A stretch of DNA of 64,000 nt from Moniliella sp. 'wahieum' (Eukaryota). The stretch spans positions 124,001 through 188,000 of the forward strand of contig RSEE01000009.1 in the NCBI GenBank assembly GCA_003971905.1. Reading direction: 5' to 3'. The notes beneath the pieces are model-generated. The model ran no database searches and was not told the DNA's origin. It saw only the letters and a list, made by a program, of their open reading frames with translations. This document shows positions 48,904 through 61,884 of the stretch, in pieces. How positions within the stretch are numbered: position 1 is the stretch's first letter; each line of letters opens with the position of its first letter. The position numbers and the translations under genes are program-made.

Positions 48904-51900
48904 TAAGCGATCGGATATGGAGGTAATGGTCGTCTGATGAGGGGGTAACTTGAGGAGGCAAAAGAGAGGGAGAAGAGGAGCTCAGATGTGCAATGAAAAG
49001 GATAACAAAGTCTAAGCACGCCGGGCAATAGCATCAACTAAGACTAGCGTCTATGTGAGAGACTCTTGTCTGTATAGCTATTCGCGGCAGAATGCGCAGC
49101 GCAACACTGCTACCACGTATACCCCCCCAGCATATATTTCATGTCTACTGTTGCACTCGTCCGTTTGGGAATATGACCTGCCGGTGAGTACACAGGCACA
49201 CAAGGAAGGCGCGCGGTCACTAAGGAAGAAGAGCATCTACACACGTGCTCTTCTATACGCCATAGACGAAGTATTAGGGGCTCAGCACTGAGTCACTTAC
49301 CAACACTTCATGAACAGTAGAACATTCCTTTTAATAGTGACTTTTTGCTTCTCTTGCATATTAGAGGTGCCGCTAGTATTGCTTGCTGTTCTGCTCGGGG
49401 TCGGGACTCAGTCTCTGTGGTCGGCAACGATGCCGGTTATGGAAAGGCTAGAAAAGACGGGCGGCAGCGTCAAAGCCGCGCCTCATCGACCTCACCCTCA
49501 GCGCCATCAGTGGGGCAAAGTCTGATTGCGTCGAGTGTATAACTGACCGTATCATAGTCACCAACAGGCACTCAGGCGAGGCGCGAAAATGAAGATAAAG
49601 GTGTGGTGTAGAAGATCGCTAAATAGCTCGCGGGGGAAGCCGAGGCAACTAACGACGGAACTATTACGCACTAGAGGACCACCCGGGCCTACGGCCCGGT
49701 CAGGTGCTTGGTGCTTGGTGCTTGCTCGCCACCTCAGCCACCGGTCCACCTTCGCCACCTTCGCCACCGTTCCCATGGTAGGGTTAGGTGGATTTATAAC
49801 CCATGTGTGGTGCTGAGGCGAGTGGCTGGGCTACACGTGCTATTAGGTCAGAACTTGGCATCGAGCTCTCTGTTTTATTAAAAGGGGATTACGCGTTACG
49901 CGTTACGGGAGAGGATGAGTGTGCGATCCTCTTCGCCACACATTGTGCCGTGGGCCTTCGGCCCGCACCTCCACCAACAAACAGCGCGCAGCTGTGTGAT
50001 ATACTAGCCTCACATTTCACGCGCCTCTTAATACTACAGCACTTCTGTGATTACACATCACAGACAGCCATCACTCATTGATATTCTATCTGTCGAGAGC
50101 TGAGATTAAGATCTGAAGAGATCCCATTGCTCCTTTGTATGCCTTAGGCGGGATCAGGGGATAAATGCTATGCTCCCTGAGCCCGCTCAATACTAGGCGT
50201 TTGCTTCTCAGCTCCCATGACACCTTCACCAAAGGTATTACAGGAGTAGGCGAATGGGGTTGCTAACAGGGAATCAACTATGTGTTTTGGCCGTCTCCAC
50301 TGTGGTCTGAAAAATCGCATCAGATGTAGCGAAAGGATGCATGCGGATGTAGCGGGAGAATGCATGCGAATGAGCGTAATGAATACACATGAGCGATGAG
50401 TGAGATCTGAGATGCTTTCAACCTTCCTCTTCAAAATAACCTGCTATTTCCCACGGTCAAAAATCGACAAATTTGGTACTTAATATAGAGTACCCTTTTG
50501 CCTTTTGTCATTGGCAGAGAGAGACGGAGGGTGGAACAGATTTTGCGAGGATTTCTGGTATATACTTGACCGTATTTTTACGCAAATCCCGATAGCTCAT
50601 CTAATATCGGTCATCCCAACCTGTTTCCAATGACGAAGAGAACGCCTCATGAATACGGAATGACAAACTCCTGTTGACTGTGGTCCTTCGGCTCCCAACA
50701 GTCGGTAGACCAGGCTCGCCTCGGTTCGGTCGGCTTCCCCACTGCGGTATGGTCCTGGCGTGTGGTACTGTCTTCCTCGTGCCCTGCATTCTCTTCTGTG
50801 TGCTTCACTGGCTCCTAGTCTGGCCTCCTATATAGATATGCCTCTGGACCCAGACCCAACGCTAGCTCCAATCCATCACCTTCCCCTCATCTTTCTGTCC
50901 ATCCGGCTCCCTAGGCCAACAGCTTCCACTATATACAGCCTATATCAATATCCTTCACACCTTTATGTTTCAATCAAAACAACACTTTGGTCTCGAAAGA
51001 CTTGTATATGTTGCAGGCATTTGTTACGACCACAGATCGCGATCCCAGGAGACACGGAGGATAAGAGTATAAAAACAGGTCAGATGGCCAATTGGGATTG
51101 ATTGATTGTGCGAGTGAAACTACAGAGTAGCTGAAAAGAAGGGGGGAGGGAATGGAAGGTGTTGAGAAGAGAGGATAGACCAGTGCGCTCTCCGAGCCGA
51201 GTCTTAGTATAGAAAGGGGGGTGTCAGCTTCCAGACTTGCACCCAAGCTGGGCACGCAGGTACTAGCGACCGCGGGTGGAAGTGGCTGGGAGTGCTAGAG
51301 TCTGGCTAGGATGCTTTCAGCATACTGCACTACTACCGTGTCAGTCCCGACACAGGTTGTGCTTCGTGTAAATATCATCGATTGCCCCTCGCAAGAAGGT
51401 TCACCCGCTATTCTTCATTGAAGAGGATTCCTTCCACAAAGCCGACATTATCAAGACCGCCTCCCCCGATCCCTTTCTCGCTTTAAAATATACATCGCGT
51501 ATAATCTCTGTTCCACAATTGTGATAAAGGTTGGGAACCTCAGTGATGCCGTCCCTTGTGAGGACGGTGTTGGAGGGGTAATGACAATTGTTCGGGTGTA
51601 CTTGATATACTACGGTTAGTACTAGTAGTTGTGATCATTATCAACGCTGCATGGTGATTCCGGAGTGTAGCTTGAGGCCTTAATATGCACGGCGTAAGAA
51701 AGATGGGACAAGTGGGGCACCGAAGAAGATTTCTATCTCTTTGGCTGTAACACAGCTATCAGAGGGAAGTCGTATTAGGCATCACGTGTCACACAGGAAA
51801 GAAAAGACCGCCGGACGACACGTCCATCGTAGCATCGAAGGATCCCCGCCCTGACTGGCCCAATTGATCTCCCAGTCCCTCAGACCAAGGCCCGAGCGGC

Positions 51901-52215
51901 GTGAGTACGCTGAGTAGGGTTAGCCCATCACGCATCGAGGCGGTGGCCCCATGCCCGCACCAGCCGCCAGGCAGCGGGGCAGAAACCAGCTGATGCAAGT
52001 TCAAATTAATCAAGCAACACACCGCTGCCCCCCCCTGTCCCTCGGCCGCCTCCGCCCCAGCAGGGTTCTGTTTCGCAACCGATACGGCTATTCCCGCTTC
52101 AGCCGGAAAAGATGCTTTGTCGCCGTGTCCACGTCGCTGTCAACGATCTTCGCAGCACCAAGGTGTAGGCTGCTACCTTCTTCTCCACCAACCCCCTCCA
52201 TCCCTCCTCCCACCA

Positions 52216-53544
52216 ATGCTGCGCCCGTCCCTTGCCATTGCCCGCCGTGCCGCCACGGCCGCCCCTGTTGCGGGTCGCGCTGTCTTTGCCGCTCACCGTG
52301 CGGTATTTGTTCCTGCCTCGGCCGCCGTCCCCCGGGCCTCGCGCACCTCGCTCGGACCCATGCGGGGACTGGCCACCTCGGCGGTTCGTGCCGGCGATGC
52401 CTCCACCCTTTCCCACACGTCGCTGTACGACTTCCATGTCAAGAATGGCGGCAAGATGGTTCCCTTTGGAGGATTTTCCATGCCGCTGCAGTACAAGGAC
52501 CAGAGCCCGCTGTGTCTCACAAGCATGTGCGCTCTGAGGCCGGCCTGTTTGATGTTGGTCATATGGTCCAACACACCTTCACTGGGCCTGGTGCCGCCGA
52601 CTTCCTCGAGAGTCTGACCCCCAGCGACTTGAAGGCCCTGGAGCCGTTCCAGTCTACCCTCAGTGTTCTCCTCCTGCCCGATGGGGGGATCCTGGATGAC
52701 ACGATCATCACCAAGCATGGATCGGACGCCGAGTTTTATGTTGTGACCAACGCTGGTTGCCGTGAAGGGGACTTGGCTTACCTTTCGCAGCACCTCCGCC
52801 TGGGCTGCGGCGGGTAAGCCCGAGGTGAAGCATTCCGTGTTGGAAGACCAAGGGTTGGTTGCTCTGCAAGGCCCCAAGGCCGCCGAGGTGCTTCAAGCGC
52901 TCACGCACGCCGGCCGAGCTGGATAATCTGACTTTTGGCCGCTCCATCTTTGCGCCTGTGGCCGGTGTTGAGGGCTGCCACATTGCCCGTAGCGGTACAC
53001 GGGCGAGGATGGATTCGAAATCTCCATTCCGGGTGGGCCGAACACGGTCAAGGTGACCGAGGCTTTGCTTGCTGCTGAGCCCGTCGCCCTCGCCGGCTTG
53101 GCCGCCCGTGATTCGCTGCGCCTTGAAGCTGGTATGTGTCTCTACGGACACGACTTGAACGAGACCACTTCTCCTGTTGAGGGCGCGCTCACATGGACCG
53201 TAGCCAAGTCCCGTCGCGCGCGCGCGGACTTCCCCGGTGCCCAGAGGATTCTCAATGAAATCCAATATGCGCCTGCGCGTCGCCGCGTCGGCTTCTTTGT
53301 TGAGGGACCGCCAGCTCGTGAGGGCGCCAAGATCTTTGCGGAAGACCAAGCCACAGTGGTGGGGGTGGTCACGTCGGGGATCTCCTCTCCTACGCTGGGC
53401 AAGAACGTGTCGATGGGCCTGATCAAGAACGGGTACCACAAGCGCGACACGCCGCTCTTCTTTGAGGTCCGCGGTAAGCTGCGCCCGGGCAAGGTGATCA
53501 AGATGCCCTTTGTGCCGAACAAATTCTACCGCGGCAAGGCGTAA
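52216..53544 (+). CDS. GCV1: Glycine cleavage system T protein (aminomethyltransferase), mitochondrial
   Basis: Presequence; [91 protein letters not shown]. Confidence 0.96.
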
Positions 53545-54049
53545 CCAATGCACATACTACCCATCTGTGCCCACGGCCTCGTCTCGCCGCTCCCCTCAAT
53601 CGCCTGCCTTCACGCGACCCATGATACTGTACAAACGCCCTTTCATTCTCTTTTTGTCGAGCTCAACCTGGTTTCGGACCCCATTATGCAGACCTCAACA
53701 TTGTTGGCATACCTTCCCATCATCTGAATGCGTGAATGACGTTCCAGTAGGCCGGGGAAAAGTGATGAGAGTCCACTGTAAGCCAAGTCGGGCAGGTGCC
53801 AGACACGTACAAAGTTACTGGGTCCCTGGTAAGCTAGTGACCAGCTACTAGCAGCTACTCGTTGCTAGTTACTCGGGCCGTCGGTTTGCGAGCGTCAGGA
53901 CGGCGTGAGGCCGGGAGGCGGGCTTGGGATTGAAATGTGCAAAACGCCGTCGCGTCAAGCGTCGCGCGTCACGCGTCCCGGTCTGTGCCCCCAGAGCGTA
54001 GAAGAAGGCGAGGGTGTCGCCAACCCACCACGACCGCCGGTACGCGTGG

Positions 54050-56340
54050 ATGGCCAGCGCTTCACCTGCCCCTCTCGCCTCGGCGGCCGACGCGCCTGCT
54101 GTGCCGCCCCCGTCCGAGCCAGAGTCGGAGCAAGGCGTTGGGATGGAGCCGGTCGCCAGCCCCGCTATCGAGTCGGACGCGCCGGCATCGCTTGCCTCCG
54201 CCCCCACCTCCTCTGCCCCGACTCCGCCCCATGGCCAAAAGCGCAAGGCAGGCGACGTGCACGAGTTTCTGTACAAGGCTGCGCCTCACCTCCTCGACGA
54301 GATTGGCCGGCGCTCTCCCGACCAGGAGGAGGACCATCGCGCGGCTCCCTCCCGCCGACGCTCTGGCCGCTCTTCCCGCCGCTCCAGCACACCCAAGCCT
54401 CCCCGCCCCACCTCCACAGAGAATGCGAAAGATTGCCCGCCCCACCTTCGCACCCCCAGCGACTTTCGCGGTCCCATTCCCGAGTTGAGCGACGCGACTT
54501 GGATCCACCCTGCACCGCAGTGGGCGGAAGGCACTACGCTTGGCCCCGATGGCCCATTGGGCCAGACGACCACCTGTCCCATGTGTCGCAACGGGTGGCA
54601 GTACGAGACGGCCGGCCCCGCGGCCGATATTCTTCCCTTGACCGTCTATCGCACCCTGCCTATGGCGCCCAGTGGGGTGCATTGGTCGTGGCAGGGCCGT
54701 TCGGTGTATACCTCCATCTCCGAGACGGCGGATGTGGTCTCGACCGACCGCGGCTTCCGTTCTGCCAGAGCCAACGTGCCCGTCCGCCAGGGAGGGTGGT
54801 ATGTTGAGGTTGAAATCCTTCCCCCCGGCCCACCCGTCACTGATCTTTCCGGTACCAACTCTCCCATGCCCCACAGTCCTCACCCGCACCGCCCCATCGC
54901 ACCTGGCCTACCGGGCGAAGCTCGTACGCCCGGCCCAGAGTGGAGCAAAATGAAGGACGGTCCGCATGTTCGGCTCGGATGGGCCGGCGCGAGTCGACGC
55001 TGAATGCGCCGGTGGGATTTGATGCGTATTCCTATGGCTTCCGCGACCAAGGCGGGGAACGGGTGACGATTGCCCGCCCCGTTCCCTATGGCCAAGCGTT
55101 TGGCCCCGGCGATGTGGTGGGCATGTACATTTTTCTTCCGCAAGAGCGGGAGCCTGTCCCGGGCGACGCGTATGATCCGGCGCGGATCCAGCGGAAACGG
55201 GTGCCGATTCGGTACCGCGGTGGGCTCTACTTTGAGTCGCTCGAGTATGCCCAAAGCAAAGAAATGGACTTTCTCCTGTCGGAATCCAAGTCGGGCCGGA
55301 TGAAATTGGACGCGTTGGGCAACCTGTTGCCTGTTCACCCCGTCGAGGGGGAAAATGCCAAACGCAAGTCGCGTACCCAACCAGGCCAGGTGGACCAAGT
55401 GGCCATCGCACGCGAGAAACTCATCTCGGGACTGAGACCGCTGCCGCGTCTCGAGGGCAGTCGGGTGGGCTTCTTTGTCAATGGTCAGCCGCAGGGGGTG
55501 GCATTCCGCGACCTACTGGACTACCGTCCTTTGCGCCGCGTCAACGTTCCCAAGGGCAAAGGCCAAAGCTCGGGCGAGGAAGTGCGTTCCGCAAGGGCGG
55601 CAACCGCGGCTTGGCCTCGGGCGAGGAAGAGGAGGGATTGCAACCCGAGTTGTCCCACTGGGCTTCCCAGGCGGATGTGCTCAAAGCGAGAGAGAACCAT
55701 TTTGACGATGGCGCGACTGGTTACTTTGCCTTTGTTTCTCTCTTTGGTGGCGCTCAGGCACGGATCAACCCGGGTCCCCATTTCCGCTTCCCCCGCCCGA
55801 CGATATTGACGCAGCGCTCACGGCGGTTGATGCGCAGCGAGGCACCGATCCCTCCGCCTCCCTCTCCCCCTCGAACTTGCCGCCCGGGCCCAGGCCCAGG
55901 CCCAGGACGTCCCGCCCGGCTCGATCGCTGCCAAGGTCAACGCGGTGGTCAACAACTTGCCCGTGAGGGATGTGGCGCCTTGGGGATCAGAGGGCGAGAG
56001 GCTGTGGCGCCCCCTTTGCGAAAGGGGGGATGAATGGTTGGAGGAGCAACTGCACCTCGATCTGCTCGATGAGAAGAAGGCTCAAGAATTGGCGGCCAAG
56101 GCGGCGGCGGCGAACGGGAAAGGGACGCCGGCGGCCGCGGGCGACGGCTGGTCTTTCGAGGTGGCTTCCCGTCTGGCCAAAGAACTCCTGGCTGGGCCCC
56201 GGGAGGGCACTCCAGTCGGGGACGCGTCGTCGTGCCAGATCCACCGACGGGGGGGGGTCGGGAAGGGACGCTGCATAGGGGCACGGAATGCTGCTACGAG
56301 GGGATCCCGTGGCATGTTCCAGCAGGGCTGGGTGATGACT
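54050..56340 (+). CDS. ASH2: COMPASS/Set1C subunit Ash2/Bre2 (SPRY domain); 3' end approximate
   Basis: GFRSARANVPVRQGGWYVEV; HVRLGW.RRESTLNAPVGFDAYSYGFRD; GDVVGMYI; IRYRGGLYFESLEY; FFVNGQPQGVAFRDL; DDGATGYFAFVSLFGGA; NPGPHF. Confidence 0.92.
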
Positions 56341-57418
56341 ATTCTTTCTACCCTGTCCCACTCTGCTCCTAGTCTCCGGTGTCCAGGAGGCATCATAGTA
56401 GCCCTATGGCTCGCGGCAGGGCTAGATGCATCATGGCGGTGCCGGTGTGCGGCATGGTGGGGGAAAGGCAGCCCAAGGCGGAAGTATATTAAAAGACAAG
56501 GGCGGGGGATGAATCATTGTCGCCTTCACGAAAGACAGACGACGAGACATACCAGGCCCTAGACCCGCGATTCGGCCTGGGCACAGGGCAGACTCCGATG
56601 GCGGCGTGAGGCCTAAGCATAGCGGGCAGCGGCCAGCCGACGGGGGGCGAGGGGGTCAGGGGCCAGGCGAGGGGACGCGGTGGGTGCTGAGAGATGGGAT
56701 GGCGGGCGGCTGCGGCAAGCGGCAGGCTGCCCAGGCCGGCCGATATGCCGAGCACCTGGTCTGCACCAGTGCGCGCTTGGCCGGTGACCGGTGAGTGGTG
56801 TCGGTGACCGCCCGCCCCCCGCTGTGTGCACGCCTGCTCCCGCTTCAGCGCGCTGAGCGCTCCCCGCGGCCACCCGGCATCTGGCCTGTGTCTACCACCC
56901 ATGATGGACCCTGTGATGCATGATGTAACGACACAGGCGCCGTGCGGGGGAGCCACCCGGGCGCCACCCATCCCCTGTGCGGCCTGGGCGGCAGGGGGGC
57001 AGCCACCCGCCGCGCCGCCGCACCACGCCTGAGCGTTTTCTCCGACCACTTGCCCCTCTGCGTCGCCGCCGCCCCGCCCACATTCAGCGAGCCTGCTCAG
57101 GCATCAGCGTCAGGCATCAGCATCGTATCAGGCACGCTCTTCGCCCCGTCTGCTCCCCTCCTCCTCCGCCTCTCGCCTTCTCTTTGTCCTCCTCGCCCCC
57201 TGCCCCCTGCCCTGCCCCCACGCGCCCTGGCTCCTTGCTGGACAAGGCAAGGCCCCCCTCCCCGTGCTGCGTGAACATCCAATCCAGTGTTACAGCGTGA
57301 CGCTCCCCTCGACTTGATCCTTCGTTGCCCGCCCCCACCCTCGACCCACCGTCCATCTCCTCCGACCGCCCACCCTCTTTCACCTTTTGCTCTGGCCACT
57401 CCTCCCTCTCCTGCTGCC

Positions 57419-58973
57419 ATGAGCCACTCCCCCCGCCCCCACCCTCACCACACTGCCCGCGCCTTTGGCCGTGCGCCCGAGCACCTCGCTCTTCTCGCCC
57501 CCCAGCTGGTGCCCCGGACGTGCACCTGTGACCCCACCATTTACCACCCTGTTTGCCCCGCCAACTGCGACAACTGCGTGCAACGCCTTGTTGCCCTTTC
57601 CTGTGGCCGTTCGTGTCCCGATAACTACTGCGTTGCATCTCCTCCCACAGCGCCACTGGTTCCAAGATTGGTGGCGCCGTGGGAGGTGTGTTGGGAGGGA
57701 TTCTCTTGGGTGTTTGTCTTTTGGCTCTACCGTACCCGATCCCGTCGTCGCAAAGTGGCAGCTGCCCATGCACGTCATGAGGCTCGTCTCCGTGCCGCCG
57801 CCGCTGAAAAGTTTCGCCCCGGGACCCGCGAGCCGCTGGAGCCTCCGTCTGCCTCGCTCTCGGGCGAACAGAGGATCAGCTTTAGCGAAGCCGACGCGGT
57901 CCATGATGCCGTTGGCGCCGTCTCCCCCGCACCGGGCCGGGCCACGTTTTCCCCCTCTGGTGGGGAGAGCAGTGCGGCGCTCGTTGCCCCTGCGGTGCAT
58001 CTAGACGAGGAGACGGAGTACACCGAGTTACGTTCCGATGGCCTGACTACCTACCGTCATGAGGAGGAGGAAGATGAAGAGGAAGTACATGACCAAGTCA
58101 ACCCGCTCACCAAGCGTTTCTCCACCTCGGCTGCTACCCACCTGTCCCGCATCAGCGAACGCACCGAGGTGGGAGGACTTTCAGTCGATGCGCTCCCGTG
58201 CTACCAGTCGTGCTCCCAACTGGTCCCATCTCCCCCCTGCCCGGACCTGTACCCCGGAACGTTCTTGACGTCCATTCCGGTTCGCCTCAATCCCACTCCA
58301 AGGAAATCGACCGTTCGGAGATCATGCCTCGATTCCCGATCCGTCCGGCCACCCAACCCGGCCTACCCCTTCTCCTTCCCACTTGGGTGTGCCCGGTGTT
58401 GATCCACACCGTCTCTCGACAGGCACGATTGGGTCCAATGTTTCCGGTGCATCGGGTCTGTCGGCATGTCGGCCGTTCCTGCTGTCGTCACTCGTGTCCA
58501 ACTCCAAAAGCCCGGCAAAGTCGAACTTGTTCGGCGTCCTTCGCGCGACCAGTCTGCCCTCGTTCTCAACCCCAAGAGACCAAGAGGGTGGAGACAACCT
58601 CAGAACAGGAGCAGCAGCCGCAGCAGCAGCTAGGATCCATAGTGTCCAACCCGTTCGAGGATCCAACCGGTGTGATCCGCGTGGTTGTCCCCCCGACCAC
58701 GGGGCCGACCATCGGGCAACGATGCAGTCCACCCTATCCGGTTCGTCCGCCAGGTCTTCCGGTTCATTTGCCATTCCGCTTCTTGACACCCGCCCCGCGA
58801 CAGGCAACCAGGCCAAGGAGCGCAGTCTGCTCCCGCCGCCGCTTCAGCAGCCAAGGGGCTCCCCCGCCGGTCCTCGCCCCCCTGAACGAGGAGGAGGGCA
58901 ACGTGTCGCCATCGCATTCCCTTCCCATCCCACCCCTTCCACCATTCAAGATGAAGAGGCCTACTCGCTCTGA
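57419..58973 (+). CDS. Opy2-like single-pass membrane anchor protein
   Basis: Cys-rich N-terminal module CTCD...PVCPANCDNC...SCGRSCPDNYC; TM IGGAVGGVLGGILL followed by basic RRRK; cytoplasmic RFSTSAATHLSRISE. Confidence 0.65.
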
Positions 58974-59715
58974 GTTCTACGTTATGGGCCGTACCGTACC
59001 GCGTGCTGGCATGCTACCTTTACGGTTCTCTGCTCTTCTCTGCCCCCGGATATAGACAGTTGTTGGTCCCCGGTCCCTTCCTTTTTTGTTACTGTTTCCT
59101 CATTATTACCAAACCTCCTCTCTGGTAGCCTTCATCCTCGACAGACTACCCTCTTCCGGTTTGGGCCTCCCGATGTCTTGGGCTATCTTCAATTTATATT
59201 ACGTTGGTACATCATGTTCCGCATAGCCGTCTCAAAGTTCCTTTTGCACTCGCGTACCGATCGCCTCAGCTCAGAGCGCTTTTGCCGGTGGTGAGTAGTG
59301 CAGTAGATTTCGGCTAGGCTTCGCCACAGCGGGCCCTCTGTCACGTTCACGTTCACGCTGACACCGCCACTGTCACTACCTTGGTCTTAACCCTTCGCTG
59401 GAACGATATGAACATTGCTGCCCGCTTGACATGAGAGGTACTCCAGGTATCAACGCATCAGCCTTATAATCTGGTTGGTACCAAACGGCCCTTACAGGAA
59501 TTGGCCAGCGATAATCGATAACGCAAGAGGATGGCTTGTGGGGGGGGGGGAGGTAAAAAACAAGAATACAAAGCTACACGAAAGGGAAAAAGGGAAAGGG
59601 GAAAAGAACGGCACTGGTGGCGATAGCGGCAAAAATCCCGATACGAGGAAAACTGAGAGCAGCTGGATCATGATGGATGGGGGGGAAGGGCGGGACTAGG
59701 ACCTCGGCGCACGAA

Positions 59716-60455
59716 TCAAGCCTTGTAGTGCTCAGTCGAGTCAAACATCTTGCGGCTGTAGAGCGTGAGCATGGAGACAAAGTACAACTGAACAACTCGG
59801 GTTAGTACAGGACGGCTGGTCCAATGTTGCGCAGAGTCAGACGTACCTCCAACCCAGTCAGGATAACGATCAGACCCGACAAGCACCCCACCTGGGCCCA
59901 AATGAACTTGTCGCACAGTTTGGAGCTGACTGTCCGGTACGTGTCGCTTTGAACGCTCTGGAAGTCGGGTACGTTGGACGTATTCGCAGGGGGTTGAAGC
60001 CGAACTTGACAAGGCAGTGGGACGTGACCTTGTGGTGTTGCGCACCTCCCACAATAAGGAATATGACCGAGAAGAGCAAAAGGAGAAGCAGGGAAAGGCG
60101 TGGACTTGGAGGTAGAGACGAAAGATGCTCGGTCGCTCAGAGGAAATACCAGGACGCCCCCGCTTGCCAGACTGCCAGCAAGATGGCAATGATGCCAATC
60201 AGGTACTTGGTCCATGCCAAAGACACGCCCGAGAGCGCTACAATTTCAGGAGGGCCAAATGCAATCCCGCAAGTAGCAATGCCCATGAGGAAGTTGAGGA
60301 GGAGGATGCCATAGGTACCACTGTTGAAGAGCGGCAGCGCCTGGAGTGGAAAAAGAAAAAAAAAAAAAAACGCGTCAGTTTTGCGTCCCGTCGGCGGGTC
60401 TGGAGCGGCCGAGACAGCAACGCACAAAGCAGCAAAAGTCAGTTGCACGGCCCAT
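59716..60455 (-). CDS. Conserved basidiomycete four-TM membrane protein; introns ~60341-60425 and ~59788-59845
   Basis: MGRATDFCCF|ALPLFNSGTY...PEIV...; C...F...LCDKFIWAQVG; LYFVSML; two canonical introns. Confidence 0.65.
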
Positions 60456-61884
60456 GGCGGATGGAGGTGAAGGCGTCGACTCGGATGCGGTGCGTGCGCG
60501 GGCCAGCGACGGTGGAGGCAGGCGAGGGAAAGGCTGGGAAGGCGGTGGTGGTGCTGGAGATGGCCGGGCACAGCGTTGGCCCGCTGAGCCGTGGACAGGC
60601 GGGGTGGCACAGGCGACACTGGTGATGTGCCTGAAGCATGGGCCCGGCCCATCCCCACGGCACACTGGCGCCCTGCTGGGGCTGGTGAACCGATCGTTTC
60701 TGCCGTCTGGATCGGCTTGGATCGGCCCTGTGTCCCCACCGAACCCTAGTGCTGGAGCTGTGGCTGCCCCCGTGCGACGTCGCGCGCCGTGCATGCATGG
60801 GCTTGCAATGCCTCGTCCCCGCAAAATGGGATGGATGGAATGGGGATTGCGAATCGGAACTTGCACGTGGCACATTCCGCCTTCCGACGCGCGGATGAGT
60901 GCCTGATTCCGCCGGCTAGTTGCACACTTGCCTAGTGGGTTCCTACCATAAGGTCCCTAGCATGTTTAACGTTTACACTGGGACACTCGCCGACAGCCAG
61001 CAACTCCCGACGCTCGATCATTGACCCATCATTGACAAACAAACCTCAGGTGCCCAGCCCATCTCAGGACCACAGAGGACATCTCCCTGACCGTGTTGGT
61101 CAGCAGCGGTGGCCCTGGGGCCTGAGGCCTGAGATCCTGAGACTTCCACTGGCCACCGTCAACTTATGACTCTAGTACCCAAGCTTCAACTGTTGCAAAT
61201 CCTCTCCAGCATAATGCTCTTGGAGGTCACCCGGTCACCAGCGGTCCCGGCCCACTAAAAAGTCGATACTCGAGGCAGAAGATATCCGACCTGTCCTTCA
61301 CACTGCTGTGAGTTATATACCCAGGGGTACCTCATCTCTCATCGACCCTCATCCATCCCTCACATTAGTAGTGCATCAGTTGGCCAATGCCACAAAGTAG
61401 CCGAGAAGCGATAATCGGTAACCGGCAGTAACTCTTCGATAACAAAAAACCACCTTAGTTGTGACGCGTGAACACCAGCCATTAATACCGTCCTCCCCTC
61501 GTTGCAACCAGCACGGTGAATGTGGAGCAGACGTGGATCCTGATAGCAGCTTGTGCCCCTACGCCCAAGGACGATGGATGAGCCGTCTCAACGATCGTGA
61601 TCAGTGCTGAGTATCTGCGTACCCACGTGATGCCCTCCTTCAACGGCTCTTATCGCGAGCGTCGGAGATAAGAACTGGCACTCTGTACACGGCTACAGAC
61701 CTCGTGTTTGCTGATGCTCAGCTCTGGAGCGATGAACGTGATGTGGGCCATCAGATGCATCAGACGCGCCCAACCTCTGACTCGTCCCTTTTGTCTTCCC
61801 CGCCACCTCCTTAAAGCAACCCCCGCCGTATCCCCTCCTGCAACATGGGCAACATCTTTCCTCACCTTCCCCAACCACAGCCCA

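Noticed and set aside
7401..56340. Cluster of chromatin genes (BTP, Bqt4-like, Snt1, Ash2)
   Set aside because: Spread over 49 kb among unrelated genes; no evidence of co-regulation.
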